From Candidatus Latescibacterota bacterium (lineage in GTDB: Bacteria > Latescibacterota > UBA2968 > GCA-2709665), in contig OZ220733.1 of assembly GCA_965116875.1 (NCBI GenBank), forward strand, positions 3,872,001 through 3,936,000: a stretch of 64,000 nt of DNA, given 5' to 3'. The notes beneath the pieces were generated by a model. The model was not told the DNA's origin. It saw only the letters and a list, made by a program, of their open reading frames with translations, and did no database searches. The translations under genes were made by a program, and so were the position numbers. Position 1 is the first letter of the stretch, and every line of letters begins with the position of its first letter. Positions 27,001 to 37,578 of this stretch are shown in pieces.

Positions 27001-27873
27001 TCAGCCCTTCCATCGCCCCGGATCGATTGCGGTTGCGTCGGTTTGCATCCCCCTGGGTTTGTGGGGCTGGTTCCAGTCCAGTCCGGTTGTGTTGGGGCTT
27101 TGCAGAAAACGCCTGGTTGCCGCCGGCGCCCCGGACACGAGTTCCGGGTCCCACTCCGGCATGGGTTGTATAGGACCCGCCCACGCCGGCCGGTACCCCA
27201 GCTGAACCAGCGTGCGTTGGGAACGCGACCTGTTCGGATGGGTGCCGTGGAACAGATTGATGGGGATAACCAGCGCCGTACCCGCCTTTACGCAGAGTGT
27301 GACCTCGCCCGGGTGGTACTTGTAGCGCACGTAGGGGTTGGCTTCGGCGTGAAACGAGAGGTGGGATCGCGGTACAAGGCGGAATGGCGCCCGTTCCGGC
27401 GTCAGATCGTCAAGGTAGTACAGAACGCGCAACAGGCGCGGACAACTGCCTTCGTAGCCGAAGATGGAAGATCCGAACGGCTGGCCGTCGGTGTGCAGCG
27501 ATATGGGCGGCGAACCCGAGAGCGTCCTTGTGAAGAGTCCCCGGGTGAACACGATGTCGTCGCCGAGCAGCGTTTCCAGGAACGCGATCATGGGTGGATG
27601 CGCGATCAGTTCGGCCAGGGCCCGGCTGCGCCACTGCGGCTCCAGGCAAAAGGTCTGCGCGTCGCTGTAATCCTTCGTCTGCATCGGCGCATCGGCCATT
27701 TCGCGTTTGATCCGGTCCATGTGTTCCGCATCGAGGATGTCGGGAAGAACGACGTACCCCTCCACCTCGAGGCGGCGGATTCGTTCTCCCGTCGAAAGGC
27801 TGCCGTAGTCGGTTTCGTCCAGGTTCATGAAACCGATTTCTTCATTGGGGTCGATTCGTACGTCGGCTTGCAT
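27001..27873 (-). CDS. PhyH-family Fe(II)/2OG dioxygenase
   Basis: EGYVVLPDIL, LHTDG, VPRSH, FHGTHPNRS..R. Confidence 0.87.
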   Translation of the reverse strand: MQADVRIDPNEEIGFMNLDETDYGSLSTGERIRRLEVEGYVVLPDILDAEHMDRIKREMADAPMQTKDYSDAQTFCLEPQWRSRALAELIAHPPMIAFLETLLGDDIVFTRGLFTRTLSGSPPISLHTDGQPFGSSIFGYEGSCPRLLRVLYYLDDLTPERAPFRLVPRSHLSFHAEANPYVRYKYHPGEVTLCVKAGTALVIPINLFHGTHPNRSRSQRTLVQLGYRPAWAGPIQPMPEWDPELVSGAPAATRRFLQSPNTTGLDWNQPHKPRGMQTDATAIDPGRWKG

Positions 27874-28060
27874 GGTGGTTCTCCTTTTTCCGGCCGCCGC
27901 CGTGGCCGCGGAAACCCTTACGGAAGTCTCCTTTTCCGGATCAGGATCCTTTCAGGGAAGACGTCCGGGAGAAGCCTTCCGGTTTCGGTATCACGAATCT
28001 GGCGAACGTTCTCTTTCCGCGTTCGTCGTTCAAAGATAACCATAGCGATTGGATTGGGCA

Positions 28061-30727
28061 ATGGATGGATTGGGCGTGTTTGTCGGCATTCTGGCCCTTT
28101 TCTGGCTCCGGCCCGGCAGGTGTGCGGCATCGGGGACGCCTCCTCCGGTCTTCGACGCGTCGTCCCCGGACGAATCAACGGAGAACCTGCAACGGGCCGT
28201 CGCTCCCCTGATGGCGATGTCGGAGGACGACCTGGTTGCCCTGGTGCCGGATCGTACGGGTTTCCGGTACGTGGCCTGCGCCGGTTGCAGAAAGGGCGTT
28301 CGAGAACGGCAACTCGACTGGTCGATCGAGGACCCGTTTCGAGTGCGGTGCCGCCATTGCGCAGCGATTTATCCCGGGGGCAGGTTTGCGGAGAACAGGA
28401 TTCTGCGCCTGATGAATCCACTGGGAAACGAAGTCGTCTACCCGTTTTACGAGGACGGGTCCGGCAGGAGATATTTCTTTCGCGCGAGGGCCTGGTGGTG
28501 CGCAAGGTTCTATCTTGCGGACCGTGCGCGGGATCTCGGTCAGCTGTACCAGGTGACCGGCCGGAAACCATACGCCCGGCGGTCGGCGGTGATACTGGAT
28601 ACATTTGCGCGGGTTTATCCGGGGTTTCTCGTCTGGACGGACGTTGCGAATGCAGCAAAGCGGGTGTGTATGAACCCGCCCTTTCCACGCCGCGGGGGGA
28701 AGTGGGGAGAGTGGCGCTACGCCGAGATTCCCACGCAGATGATCTACGCGTACGATTCGATTCGGAATAGCGGTGAACTGGATCGACTCTCGAAAGAACG
28801 AGGCGAGGATGTCTGCCGCCGCATCGAGGACCGGTTTTTCCGGGGAGGAATCCGGCAGGACGCCCACCATGGACTCCTGTTCACCAATGCCAGCCCGGAG
28901 ACCTACGAAGGATACGCGGTTGCAGGCCGCGTCATGGAAGACCCCGCTCTGGTTCACCGCGCGGTTCGGTGCGCACACGGCCTCTTCCGGCGATTCTCGG
29001 CGGACGGATTCTGGTGCCAGGGCAGCCCGGCGTATCATCGGTATACACTGTCAGGCCTCCTGCGCGTCATGGAAGCCCTGGACGGATATTCCGATCCGCC
29101 GGGCTATCTGGATCCGGACGAAGGCAGACGCTTCGACGGTCTGGATCCGGTTCGCGAATTTCCCGACGCGGAACGATGCATGGCGGTTCTCGACCGCTTC
29201 AGGTACCCGGACGGGAGGTTGATACCCGTGCATGATTCCTGGGCGAAGTTTGAGGACCTGAAGCCCCCGGACCGATCGCGCCCGGACCTGTACGCCGGTA
29301 TGGGGCATGCGTGGCTCGGGCTGGGCGAGAAGAACCGCCAGACGCAAATACACCTTCACTTTTCAGAGGGGGGCCACGGACACGACCATGCGGATATGCT
29401 GAACGTGATGCTGTACGCGTTTGGAGAGGAGTTGCTGTCCGACCTGGGTTATACCCATACCCGGTACAGACCGTGGACCGTAAGCACGCTGGCGCACAAT
29501 ACCGTGGTCGTCGACGGGCAGGAACAATACACGAGAGGAAACAGAGGGCCGTCTCGAGGCGGACTCATGGCGTATGAGACGACGAACGATACGGTTCAGT
29601 GGATGGAAGCAAGCGGCGAGCGCGCGTACCCCGGGCTGGCGCGGGAATACCGGAGAATGGTCATGCTTGCCGACGCAGGCGACGGGAATGCGTATTCTCT
29701 GGATATATTCCGTGTGCGGGGAGGGACGCGGCACGACTGGACGCTGCACGGGAGCGCGGACCGGGACGGATGGATCAGCCTTGACGTGCCGCTGGAACCC
29801 GCCGGACGCCACCTGCTGGACGGTGTCGCGGTACGGCTGCCCGAATTTGAAGGGGACCCGGGGGACGCCGAAGGCAGCAACATAGCCTACGGATTCGTAC
29901 AGAATGTATCCCGCGGACGGGTTGACGCCGGTTTGATGCTGCGGCTCGGCCTTGCCGGTCGGCGAACCGGATTGCGGTGTCATCTCCCGGGTCTTTCAGA
30001 TGCCGACGTGCTCCTGGGCGACGCGCCATCGGTACGGCGAACGGACGAGAATGAAGACGAACTGGACCGGTTCAGGATGCCCGTTTTTCTGGCCCGGCGC
30101 CAGGGTCGGACGCCTCATTCAAGCGTGTTCGCCGCGGTTCACGAGCCCTTCGACGGACGTCCGTTCATTGAGTCGGTCCGGCAGGAGTACGCGGATGGTC
30201 GGACAATCGCAGTTGAGGTCAGACATGGAGGGTACACGGACCATATCGTACATCGTTCGACATGGAACCATGAACCGCTGGAGGTGGGGAACCTCAGCCT
30301 GAAAGGCGAGTTCGGTTTCGTTCGTGAGCGGGACGGCGCCCTCGTGTTCGCCGGGCTCTGGGGCGGGGACGAGTTGAGATGGAAAGACACGGTGGTTGCG
30401 GGCGGAGGCACCCGTGACCTGACGGTGGCGGGTGTACTCAGAAAGGCCGACGGAGATCCGCTTGACGGCCTGGTTGTGATCGGGGATATCGTCGACACCA
30501 CGGGCGTTGAGGAAACAACGGCAATCGTAAGATTCGGCGATGGTTCGACGATGGGATGTGCGGTTGAACGCGTCATCCACGATGCACGCGGACTCACGCT
30601 GGCGACAGCGCAGGACCCGGGATTCTCAATTGAGAATGGAGGAATGCGCCACCTTTACTTTCCGCTGCGTTCGATTCCGGGGCCGGTAAGCTGCCGCATC
30701 CGCAGTTCGGCGTTCGTGTCTGTATAG
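28061..30727 (+). CDS. Heparinase II/III-like polysaccharide lyase (secreted)
   Basis: Signal-like N-terminus; DGFWCQGSPAYH, HGHDHADMLN, DLGY, LAHNTVVVDG. Confidence 0.8.
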   Translation: MDGLGVFVGILALFWLRPGRCAASGTPPPVFDASSPDESTENLQRAVAPLMAMSEDDLVALVPDRTGFRYVACAGCRKGVRERQLDWSIEDPFRVRCRHCAAIYPGGRFAENRILRLMNPLGNEVVYPFYEDGSGRRYFFRARAWWCARFYLADRARDLGQLYQVTGRKPYARRSAVILDTFARVYPGFLVWTDVANAAKRVCMNPPFPRRGGKWGEWRYAEIPTQMIYAYDSIRNSGELDRLSKERGEDVCRRIEDRFFRGGIRQDAHHGLLFTNASPETYEGYAVAGRVMEDPALVHRAVRCAHGLFRRFSADGFWCQGSPAYHRYTLSGLLRVMEALDGYSDPPGYLDPDEGRRFDGLDPVREFPDAERCMAVLDRFRYPDGRLIPVHDSWAKFEDLKPPDRSRPDLYAGMGHAWLGLGEKNRQTQIHLHFSEGGHGHDHADMLNVMLYAFGEELLSDLGYTHTRYRPWTVSTLAHNTVVVDGQEQYTRGNRGPSRGGLMAYETTNDTVQWMEASGERAYPGLAREYRRMVMLADAGDGNAYSLDIFRVRGGTRHDWTLHGSADRDGWISLDVPLEPAGRHLLDGVAVRLPEFEGDPGDAEGSNIAYGFVQNVSRGRVDAGLMLRLGLAGRRTGLRCHLPGLSDADVLLGDAPSVRRTDENEDELDRFRMPVFLARRQGRTPHSSVFAAVHEPFDGRPFIESVRQEYADGRTIAVEVRHGGYTDHIVHRSTWNHEPLEVGNLSLKGEFGFVRERDGALVFAGLWGGDELRWKDTVVAGGGTRDLTVAGVLRKADGDPLDGLVVIGDIVDTTGVEETTAIVRFGDGSTMGCAVERVIHDARGLTLATAQDPGFSIENGGMRHLYFPLRSIPGPVSCRIRSSAFVSV

Positions 30728-30743
30728 ATGCGTATTTGAAGGA

Positions 30744-31907
30744 TCAGTCAACGTCAGCGCTCGACGCGGCGCGGTATACATCGAGAATGGGGACCCCCTG
30801 CTCGTTGGCGATTCTGGCGCAGTCTTCGAATTCGGGCGCAAGGCGCGTCCTTCCGCCGTAGCTGGCAACCTTTACGGTCACGGGTCCGAAAGCGGTTTCA
30901 ACGACTTCCGTTCGCCTGGAAACGGTCTGACGTTCAACGCGGCGGATCCGCACGCCAAGCGTCGTGGTTTCACGGAGAATCAGGTCCGTGGCTGACTGCG
31001 TACGTTCCGGATCGGCGAGCACGCTGAGGACCACCCCGGGTCGTCCCTTCTTCATAATGACCGGCGTGAGATACGCGTCTCTGGCGCCTTCACCGAGCAG
31101 GCGATCGATCAGGTAGCCGTAGATTTCAGGCGTCATGTCGTCGATATTGGTTTCTATAAGGTTGAGCGCGTCTGTCTGCGGGGACGACTCGGTGTCACCG
31201 ATTTCCAGGCGGAGCATGTTCGGTACCTGATCCAGATCCCGGGCGCCCGCTCCGTAACCGATCCGGCGCGTCCGAAACGGTGGCGTGCCCGCGCCGATCT
31301 GCCGTGCCAGCGTGGTCAGAACCGCGGCGCCCGTAGGGGTGACCAGCTCAAACGGTATGTCGGTTCGTTCTCCAGGAACGTCCCTGCAGAGCGCGACAAC
31401 CGCGGGAACCGGAACAGGCAGTACGCCGTGGGCGCTTCGCGTCGTTCCCCTGCCGAATCGAAGCGGCGAGGCGAAGACGCGTTCCACGCCAAGCCGCTCC
31501 AGTCCGATGACGGCGCCGGCGATATCCGCAATGGCGTCAGCCGCGCCGACTTCGTGAAAATGGACGCGTTCGACCGAAATGTCGTGTACTTCGGCTTCCG
31601 CCTCGGCGAGGCGGCGGAAGATTGCGCCGGCCTTCCGTTTGGCTCTGCTCGAGATATTCGCAGCGTCGATGATGCCCAGCACGTCCTTCAATCGTCGGTG
31701 ACACTGTCCTTCCGCGGCGACGACGTCGACTTTTGTCGCCGCAATGCCGTGCCGCTGAACCTTCCCGGCCCTGAGACGGATTCCCTCCAGATGGAGTTTG
31801 TCGAGTTCTCTCTGCAACTCCTCGATGCGCAGCCCCGCGTCCACAAGCGCGCCAAGGATCATGTCGCCGCTCACTCCGGCAGTACAGTCGAAGTACGCCA
31901 GTCTCAC
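30744..31907 (-). CDS. larC: Nickel pincer cofactor biosynthesis protein LarC
   Basis: AYFDC..GVSGDMILGAL, VHFHEVGA.D, ELVTPTGAA, ETNIDD, MKKGRPG, ETTTLGVR, PEFEDC. Confidence 0.93.
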   Translation of the reverse strand: MRLAYFDCTAGVSGDMILGALVDAGLRIEELQRELDKLHLEGIRLRAGKVQRHGIAATKVDVVAAEGQCHRRLKDVLGIIDAANISSRAKRKAGAIFRRLAEAEAEVHDISVERVHFHEVGAADAIADIAGAVIGLERLGVERVFASPLRFGRGTTRSAHGVLPVPVPAVVALCRDVPGERTDIPFELVTPTGAAVLTTLARQIGAGTPPFRTRRIGYGAGARDLDQVPNMLRLEIGDTESSPQTDALNLIETNIDDMTPEIYGYLIDRLLGEGARDAYLTPVIMKKGRPGVVLSVLADPERTQSATDLILRETTTLGVRIRRVERQTVSRRTEVVETAFGPVTVKVASYGGRTRLAPEFEDCARIANEQGVPILDVYRAASSADVD

Positions 31908-31942
31908 GGGTTCACCTCAATCCTCTATCCTGCCGCGGGATG

Positions 31943-33304
31943 TCAGGGTGGGGCCTGCAGGTTGGTCGCGAGCAACGTCGCCGGGTCGTCGAACAGCGCC
32001 AGCAGCCGGTCGCGTTGTTGCCGGAAGTCAGTCATCTGATCCGGGGAAAGCTGTCTGGCACGGGAGCGATTGGCAAATCCGGCCGGGTTGACGAGTTGAT
32101 AGCGCTTGCCGTTTCTGACGAAGAAGTTGTAATGAAGGTGCGGCCCCGTGGAGCGTCCGGTCGATCCAACGAAACCGATGGTCTGCTTCTGCCTGACGTT
32201 TGTGCCCACCTTCAACCCGCGCGGGAACCTGCTCAGGTGGCCATAGCCCGTCTTGTAGCCGTTTCGATGCCGGATTTCGACGTAGTTGCCGAGGGCGCCT
32301 CTCCAACCCCTGAAGACGACGATGCCCGGGGCGGTCGCCCAGACACGCGTGCCGTACGCCGCGGCGTAGTCGATGCCGTGGTGAGGAAGGTACCGCTTCA
32401 GGATGGGGTGGAAACGCCGGTTGGAATAACCGGAACTGATTCGACGATAGTTCAATGGAGATTTGAGAAACAGGCCGCGCAAGGACTTTCCGTTCGCATC
32501 GTAATAGGCCGTATGACCGTCTTCGGATTCGAACAAAAAGGCCTGATGACGCTTCCTGGCCGACTGGTACTCGGCGGAAAGAATATCTCCGTATCGAAGG
32601 AACCGGCCGTCTTTATAGAGTTTTTCGAGTGCGAGGGCAAATCGGTCGCCCGCACGACAGTCGACCATAAAATCAATATCGAATTCAAAAATGCGGGTCA
32701 TCTTTCCGTTCAGTACGTGCGGATTCTCGCCGGTTTCAGAAAGGGCATTCCAGAGGGAACTGCGGATTTCACCCGTGACAACGTCAATCCTGCGATCCAG
32801 GGGTATCTGCTCGCTGCGTGCGGTCAGCCTTCCGTTCGACCGTGTGGCTACAAACCGGGTTTCGAAAGCGCCTCTCTTGATAAATTCAAAGGTCTGAACG
32901 GTTCCGATGCTGTCCGTTCCCAATGCGTAACGGTCACCGCTCCGGACGATTCGGGGGTTGAATTCCGACCGTGGGATCCCCTCCTTGATCGCATTCAGCA
33001 ACTCATGGATCTGAGACCGCGCAACGTCTTTCCGATTCAATGCGTCCCAGAACGTCTCTCTGTGGCGGATGCGGCCGTCAATTACCGAGAGCCGGGGTTC
33101 AGGCGAGGCGGGAATCGAATCCGGAAACGCTGAAATCTCCCGGGCGATTTCGGAATTCTGCGCGATTTGAGGATCGGGCGGTCGAGCAGCTACGAGCCAG
33201 GCCAGTACAGCTGCCGGCACAACGATAAACGCAAACTTCGGCAGCCGGAACCGGAAACCGGATCGAGCAGACCGGTCCGTGGGATCACACTCGCGATTAC
33301 CCAT
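31943..33304 (-). CDS. M23 family peptidoglycan DD-endopeptidase (MepM-like)
   Basis: RFHPILK..HHGIDYAA, YGHLS, STGPHLHY; N-terminal TM anchor. Start uncertain. Confidence 0.9.
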   Translation of the reverse strand: MGNRECDPTDRSARSGFRFRLPKFAFIVVPAAVLAWLVAARPPDPQIAQNSEIAREISAFPDSIPASPEPRLSVIDGRIRHRETFWDALNRKDVARSQIHELLNAIKEGIPRSEFNPRIVRSGDRYALGTDSIGTVQTFEFIKRGAFETRFVATRSNGRLTARSEQIPLDRRIDVVTGEIRSSLWNALSETGENPHVLNGKMTRIFEFDIDFMVDCRAGDRFALALEKLYKDGRFLRYGDILSAEYQSARKRHQAFLFESEDGHTAYYDANGKSLRGLFLKSPLNYRRISSGYSNRRFHPILKRYLPHHGIDYAAAYGTRVWATAPGIVVFRGWRGALGNYVEIRHRNGYKTGYGHLSRFPRGLKVGTNVRQKQTIGFVGSTGRSTGPHLHYNFFVRNGKRYQLVNPAGFANRSRARQLSPDQMTDFRQQRDRLLALFDDPATLLATNLQAPP

Positions 33305-33397
33305 ATCAGTGATTACCTGGAATGCCGCCATGGGTCCGGGGAATTGAGATGACCCGACGGCAACAAGCGGAATAACCTCAGGGAAGAACGGCTTCTC

Positions 33398-33426
33398 AAG
33401 ATAGGCCAAAACCTGACGTCTGTCAA
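33398..33426 (-). promoter_or_regulatory. sigma70-type promoter of the M23 gene
   Basis: Minus strand TTGACA-17 bp-TATCTT. Confidence 0.5.
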
Positions 33427-33499
33427 CCTGTAATTTCTCTTGCATCCGGAACGCTGCGCCCTTAACCTGACGTCAACTGTAAAACAAGGAGACGCGCAA

Positions 33500-34582
33500 A
33501 TGGCCGACGTTTCGCAGGCTGGCGACCGCGTGGAACTGAAGGGACTCTATCCGGGAGAGATCGAGGAATTCGTCGCTTCTCTCGGGTTGGAGCCCTATCG
33601 GGCCAGGCAGATCGCCGCCTGGATCTACAATCGCGGTTCAACCGACTTCGCCGGGATGACCGACCTTTCCAGGGGGGTCCGCGCCAGGCTCTCGCAACAC
33701 GCGTCGATTTTGAATCTTGAGGCGGCGGCGCGACTCGGCACGGATGACGGCGAAACCGTGAAGTATCTGTTTGAGCTGCCGGACGGCAGGCGCGTAGAAA
33801 GCGTTCTGATGCGCGACGGGAGGAGGCGGACGCTTTGCGTTTCGTCACAGGTGGGATGCCCGCTTGATTGTACGTTTTGCGCCACGGGACGGATGGGGCT
33901 TCTCCGAAACCTCTCCGCCGGTGAAATCCTCGACCAGCTCGTCTTTGTCCGGCGCGAACTGAGAGCACGCGGGGACGATTTGACCAATGTGGTCATGATG
34001 GGCATGGGAGAGCCGTTGTTGAACTACGTGAACGTCGTTCGCGCAATCCGTCTGATGAACCTGGATTACGGGCTGGCTATCGGGATACGAAGGATTACCC
34101 TGTCGACGGTCGGCTACGTGCCCGGCATTTTGAGGTTGGCGCAGGAGGGATTGAAGGTTGGCCTGGCGGTTTCGCTCAATGCGGCCGACGATGTAAAGCG
34201 ATCGCGAATCATGTCGATCAACCGGCGCTGGCCGATCGCGAAACTTCTCGCGGCCGTCAGGGCGTATCGGAAGCGCATCGACAGACGGGTGACGTTCGAA
34301 TACGTGCTGTTGCACGAAGTAAACGACTCGGTGGAGGACGCCGGGCGTCTGGTCGCGCTCGTACGCGACATACCGTGCAAAGTCAACGTCATCCCCTGGA
34401 ATCCGGTCGAGGACACGGCATATGTACGGCCGCCCCGGGAGGCCGTGGACCGGTTTGTGCGCTCCCTCAGGAATGCGCGGTTGACAACGACGGTGCGTTA
34501 CAGCAGGGGCGTGGATATCGCGGCGGGATGCGGGCAGCTGTATATCCGTCCCGGCGCGGCCGCAAATGCATCCGGCCCCTGA
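33500..34582 (+). CDS. rlmN: Dual-specificity RNA methyltransferase RlmN
   Basis: CVSSQVGCPLDCTFCATG, MGMGEPL, DIAAGCGQL; AAGGAG RBS. Confidence 0.95.
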   Translation: MADVSQAGDRVELKGLYPGEIEEFVASLGLEPYRARQIAAWIYNRGSTDFAGMTDLSRGVRARLSQHASILNLEAAARLGTDDGETVKYLFELPDGRRVESVLMRDGRRRTLCVSSQVGCPLDCTFCATGRMGLLRNLSAGEILDQLVFVRRELRARGDDLTNVVMMGMGEPLLNYVNVVRAIRLMNLDYGLAIGIRRITLSTVGYVPGILRLAQEGLKVGLAVSLNAADDVKRSRIMSINRRWPIAKLLAAVRAYRKRIDRRVTFEYVLLHEVNDSVEDAGRLVALVRDIPCKVNVIPWNPVEDTAYVRPPREAVDRFVRSLRNARLTTTVRYSRGVDIAAGCGQLYIRPGAAANASGP

Positions 34583-34643
34583 ATGGACGGCGGGCGGCGT
34601 CTCCGGTTGCACATGGCCTGGGGCGCCTCGGCGGAGAATTCCC

Positions 34644-34672
34644 TTGATTGTTATGTAAAGATATGATATATT
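34644..34672 (+). promoter_or_regulatory. sigma70-type promoter of murA
   Basis: TTGATT-17 bp-TATATT in an AT-rich patch. Confidence 0.5.
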
Positions 34673-34739
34673 GTAACTTACCGAGAAATACGCAGGATCC
34701 GGTTTCACCAGTCCGAGGCGCATCGGGACGTGGGTCTCT

Positions 34740-36032
34740 ATGGAACAGTTCGTGATCGAGGGCGGATATCCGCTATCCGGCACCATCAGGCCGCTCGGCA
34801 ACAAAAACGCCGCGCTTACGCTTCTCGCCGCCACGCTCATGACGGACGAAACGGTGGTCTTGAAGAATGCGCCGCCGATAGGCGACGTACTCACCCAGAT
34901 TGCAATCCTGCGCGATCTGGGCGTCTCGGTCCAGCATCCTGTACGAGCCGAACTGACCGCCTGCGCGGCTTCCCTCAGCAAGACCGCCCTGAATCCTGAC
35001 TTCTGCAGAAGGGTACGCGGCAGCATCCTTCTCGCGGGCCCGCTTCTGGCGCGCCACGGCCGTGCCACGATGCCCAGGCCCGGCGGCGACAGAATCGGGC
35101 GCCGGCGCCTCGATACCCACCTTCGCGCGCTGGAGGCGTTGGGTGCGCGCATCGAGACCGGCCACGGCTATGAAATGAGGGCGCCGGGCGGATTGACCGG
35201 CGCGGACATTTTTCTGGATGAGCGAAGCGTGACCGGAACGGAAAACGTCATTATGGCATCCACCCTGGCGAAAGGCACAACCATCATCCGCAACGCGGCC
35301 TCTGAACCGCACGTGCAGGAGTTGTGCCGGTTGCTCAATGCCATGGGCGCCCGGATTTCGGGTGTGGGTACGAATGAGCTGACCGTCGAAGGCGTTCATG
35401 CGCTTCACGGCGGCGAACATGCGATCGGTCCGGACTATATGGAGGTGGGAAGCTTCATCGGTCTCGCGGCGGTTACCCGGGGCGAGATACGGATCAGAGA
35501 CGCGGCGCCGCATCATATGCGAAGAAGTCTGATGGTATTTGAGCGACTCGGGGTCGAGGTGATGGTCGATGGAGATGACATTCTGGTTCCCGACGATCAG
35601 AAGCTAGAGATTGTCCGGGACGCCGGAGACGCGATTCCGAAGATATTTGACGATCCATGGCCGGGGTTCCCCGCGGATCTGATGAGCATTGCGATTGTTG
35701 TGGCCACACAGGCCCGGGGAACCGTCCTGTTTTTCGAGAAAATGTACGAGAGCCGGCTTTTCTGGCTGGACCGCTTGATCGAAATGGGGGCCGAGATCAT
35801 CATCTGCGACCCGCACAGGGCCGTAGTGGTGGGTCCGTCCGGGCTGTACGGGGAGCGAATTACAAGCCCCGATATCAGGGCGGGGATGGCGTTGTTGATC
35901 GCCAGCCTGTGCGCGGAAGGCCAGAGTGTGATTCGAAACATCGAACAGATCGATCGCGGTTATGATCGCATCGACGAACGACTTCGCACGCTGGGCGCCC
36001 GGATCGAACGGGTTCCCGTTCGCCTGGACTGA
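34740..36032 (+). CDS. murA: UDP-N-acetylglucosamine 1-carboxyvinyltransferase (Asp-type active site)
   Basis: [41 protein letters not shown]. Confidence 0.96.
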   Translation: MEQFVIEGGYPLSGTIRPLGNKNAALTLLAATLMTDETVVLKNAPPIGDVLTQIAILRDLGVSVQHPVRAELTACAASLSKTALNPDFCRRVRGSILLAGPLLARHGRATMPRPGGDRIGRRRLDTHLRALEALGARIETGHGYEMRAPGGLTGADIFLDERSVTGTENVIMASTLAKGTTIIRNAASEPHVQELCRLLNAMGARISGVGTNELTVEGVHALHGGEHAIGPDYMEVGSFIGLAAVTRGEIRIRDAAPHHMRRSLMVFERLGVEVMVDGDDILVPDDQKLEIVRDAGDAIPKIFDDPWPGFPADLMSIAIVVATQARGTVLFFEKMYESRLFWLDRLIEMGAEIIICDPHRAVVVGPSGLYGERITSPDIRAGMALLIASLCAEGQSVIRNIEQIDRGYDRIDERLRTLGARIERVPVRLD

Positions 36033-36037
36033 ACGCA

Positions 36038-37390
36038 ATGGCTTCTGCTCTCGATACGGCGATTGAGGTGGTTCGACGACTCGATGCGCGAGGTTTCCGG
36101 GCGTTGCTTGCCGGAGGATGCGTGCGGGACCTCCAACTCGGGCTGGAGCCGCGCGACTACGACATTGCTACCGATGCCGATCCTCATCAGGTGGCCGGTA
36201 TTTTTCAGAACGCCCGGGCCGTCGGCGCGCACTTTGGCGTGGTGGAAGTGCGCCTGGCGGGGCATGGATTCGAGGTTGCCCGTTTTCGGCGCGACCTGGG
36301 GTACAGCGACGGCCGGCACCCGGACGCGGTCGAATTCGCTGACGAGACCGAGGATGCCAGGCGCCGTGATTTCACGGTGAACGGGATGTTCTGGGACCCC
36401 CTGGCGGATCGGTTGCTGGACTACGTGGGCGGACAGGCGGATATCAGGCAGAAAACGATCCGGACGATCGGACCGGCAGAGGACCGGTTTGCGGAAGATC
36501 ATCTGCGAATGATGAGAGCGGTCCGGCTCGGCTGCCGTCTGCACTGGCGGATCGATGCAGCCACGTTTGCCGCGATTCGGCGATCGAGTGACGATCTCGC
36601 ACAGGTCAGTGTCGAGCGGACCCGGGACGAATTCGTAAAGATCCTGACGGAAGGAGGCGCGCCGCTCGGGGTGCGATGGCTTATCGATTCAGGGCTGATG
36701 ACGCAGTTGGCGCCGGAGGTCCTGGAACTCGAGGGCGTCGCGCAGCCGCCTGAGTATCATCCCGAAGGCGACGTGTTGACCCACACGTTGATCATGCTGG
36801 GGCTGATGCGCAACCCGTCGCCCGAACTGGCCGTGGCAGTGCTGTTGCACGACGTGGGGAAACCGCGGACGTTCAGATCGGCCGACCGTATCCGGTTCGA
36901 CAATCACGCCGGCGTGGGTGCCCGGATCACGGATGAGATCTGCCGCAGGCTGCGATTTTCCGGCGAGGCGACCCGGCACATCGTCCGGTTGGTGGCGGAC
37001 CATCACCGATTCATGCACGTTCGACAGATGCGTGCGAACAGGTTGAAGCGGTTCCTGCGCATGGAGCGATTCGACGAACACCTGGAACTGCACCGGGTGG
37101 ATTGTCTGTCAAGCCACCGGAACCTTGAAAATTACCATTTCTGCCGCCATGCTCTGGAAACAATGGAGCCCGAGGAGATACGTCCGGAACCGATGATTAC
37201 CGGCAGGGACCTGATCCAGCTCGGGTATACGCCGGGGCCTGCGTTCACGGCCGTCCTGAGGGCAGTGGAAGACGGTCAGCTCGACGGCAGCGTCAGGGAT
37301 CGGGAGAGTGCGCTGCTCGTCGCTCGAGGGGTGTTTGAACGTGGGGCGGCGCCTGGGTGCGACGTTCTGGACGAAAACGGGGCCGCGTAA
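36038..37390 (+). CDS. cca: CCA tRNA nucleotidyltransferase/poly(A) polymerase family protein with HD domain
   Basis: GGCVRD..DYDIATDA, RRDFTVN, EDHLRMMRA, LLHDVGK. Confidence 0.88.
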   Translation: MASALDTAIEVVRRLDARGFRALLAGGCVRDLQLGLEPRDYDIATDADPHQVAGIFQNARAVGAHFGVVEVRLAGHGFEVARFRRDLGYSDGRHPDAVEFADETEDARRRDFTVNGMFWDPLADRLLDYVGGQADIRQKTIRTIGPAEDRFAEDHLRMMRAVRLGCRLHWRIDAATFAAIRRSSDDLAQVSVERTRDEFVKILTEGGAPLGVRWLIDSGLMTQLAPEVLELEGVAQPPEYHPEGDVLTHTLIMLGLMRNPSPELAVAVLLHDVGKPRTFRSADRIRFDNHAGVGARITDEICRRLRFSGEATRHIVRLVADHHRFMHVRQMRANRLKRFLRMERFDEHLELHRVDCLSSHRNLENYHFCRHALETMEPEEIRPEPMITGRDLIQLGYTPGPAFTAVLRAVEDGQLDGSVRDRESALLVARGVFERGAAPGCDVLDENGAA

Positions 37391-37578
37391 TGATCCGTCC
37401 CGGTTGACGGGTTCAGGTACAGACAACCCGGGACTGGCGAGTTGGCGGCCGGCGCACGCGATTGCCGGATTCCGGCGCCGACCCGCGTGTCTGGAACCAT
37501 GACCGGGCAGGGGCGTTTCCAGATTAGAGAAGACCGCTCGCCGTACCCGTTTCACCCATGTTATCCGAAGGGTTTTCC

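Noticed and set aside
26833-28770. 645-aa plus-strand ORF
   Set aside because: Overlaps a minus-strand PhyH gene and a different frame of the heparinase gene; the Arg/Gly/Pro-rich composition is typical of a non-coding frame.
24512-30727. Possible genomic island or prophage integrated at tRNA-Val (or at tRNA-Phe)
   Set aside because: No integrase, no duplicated tRNA 3' end and no phage genes were found.
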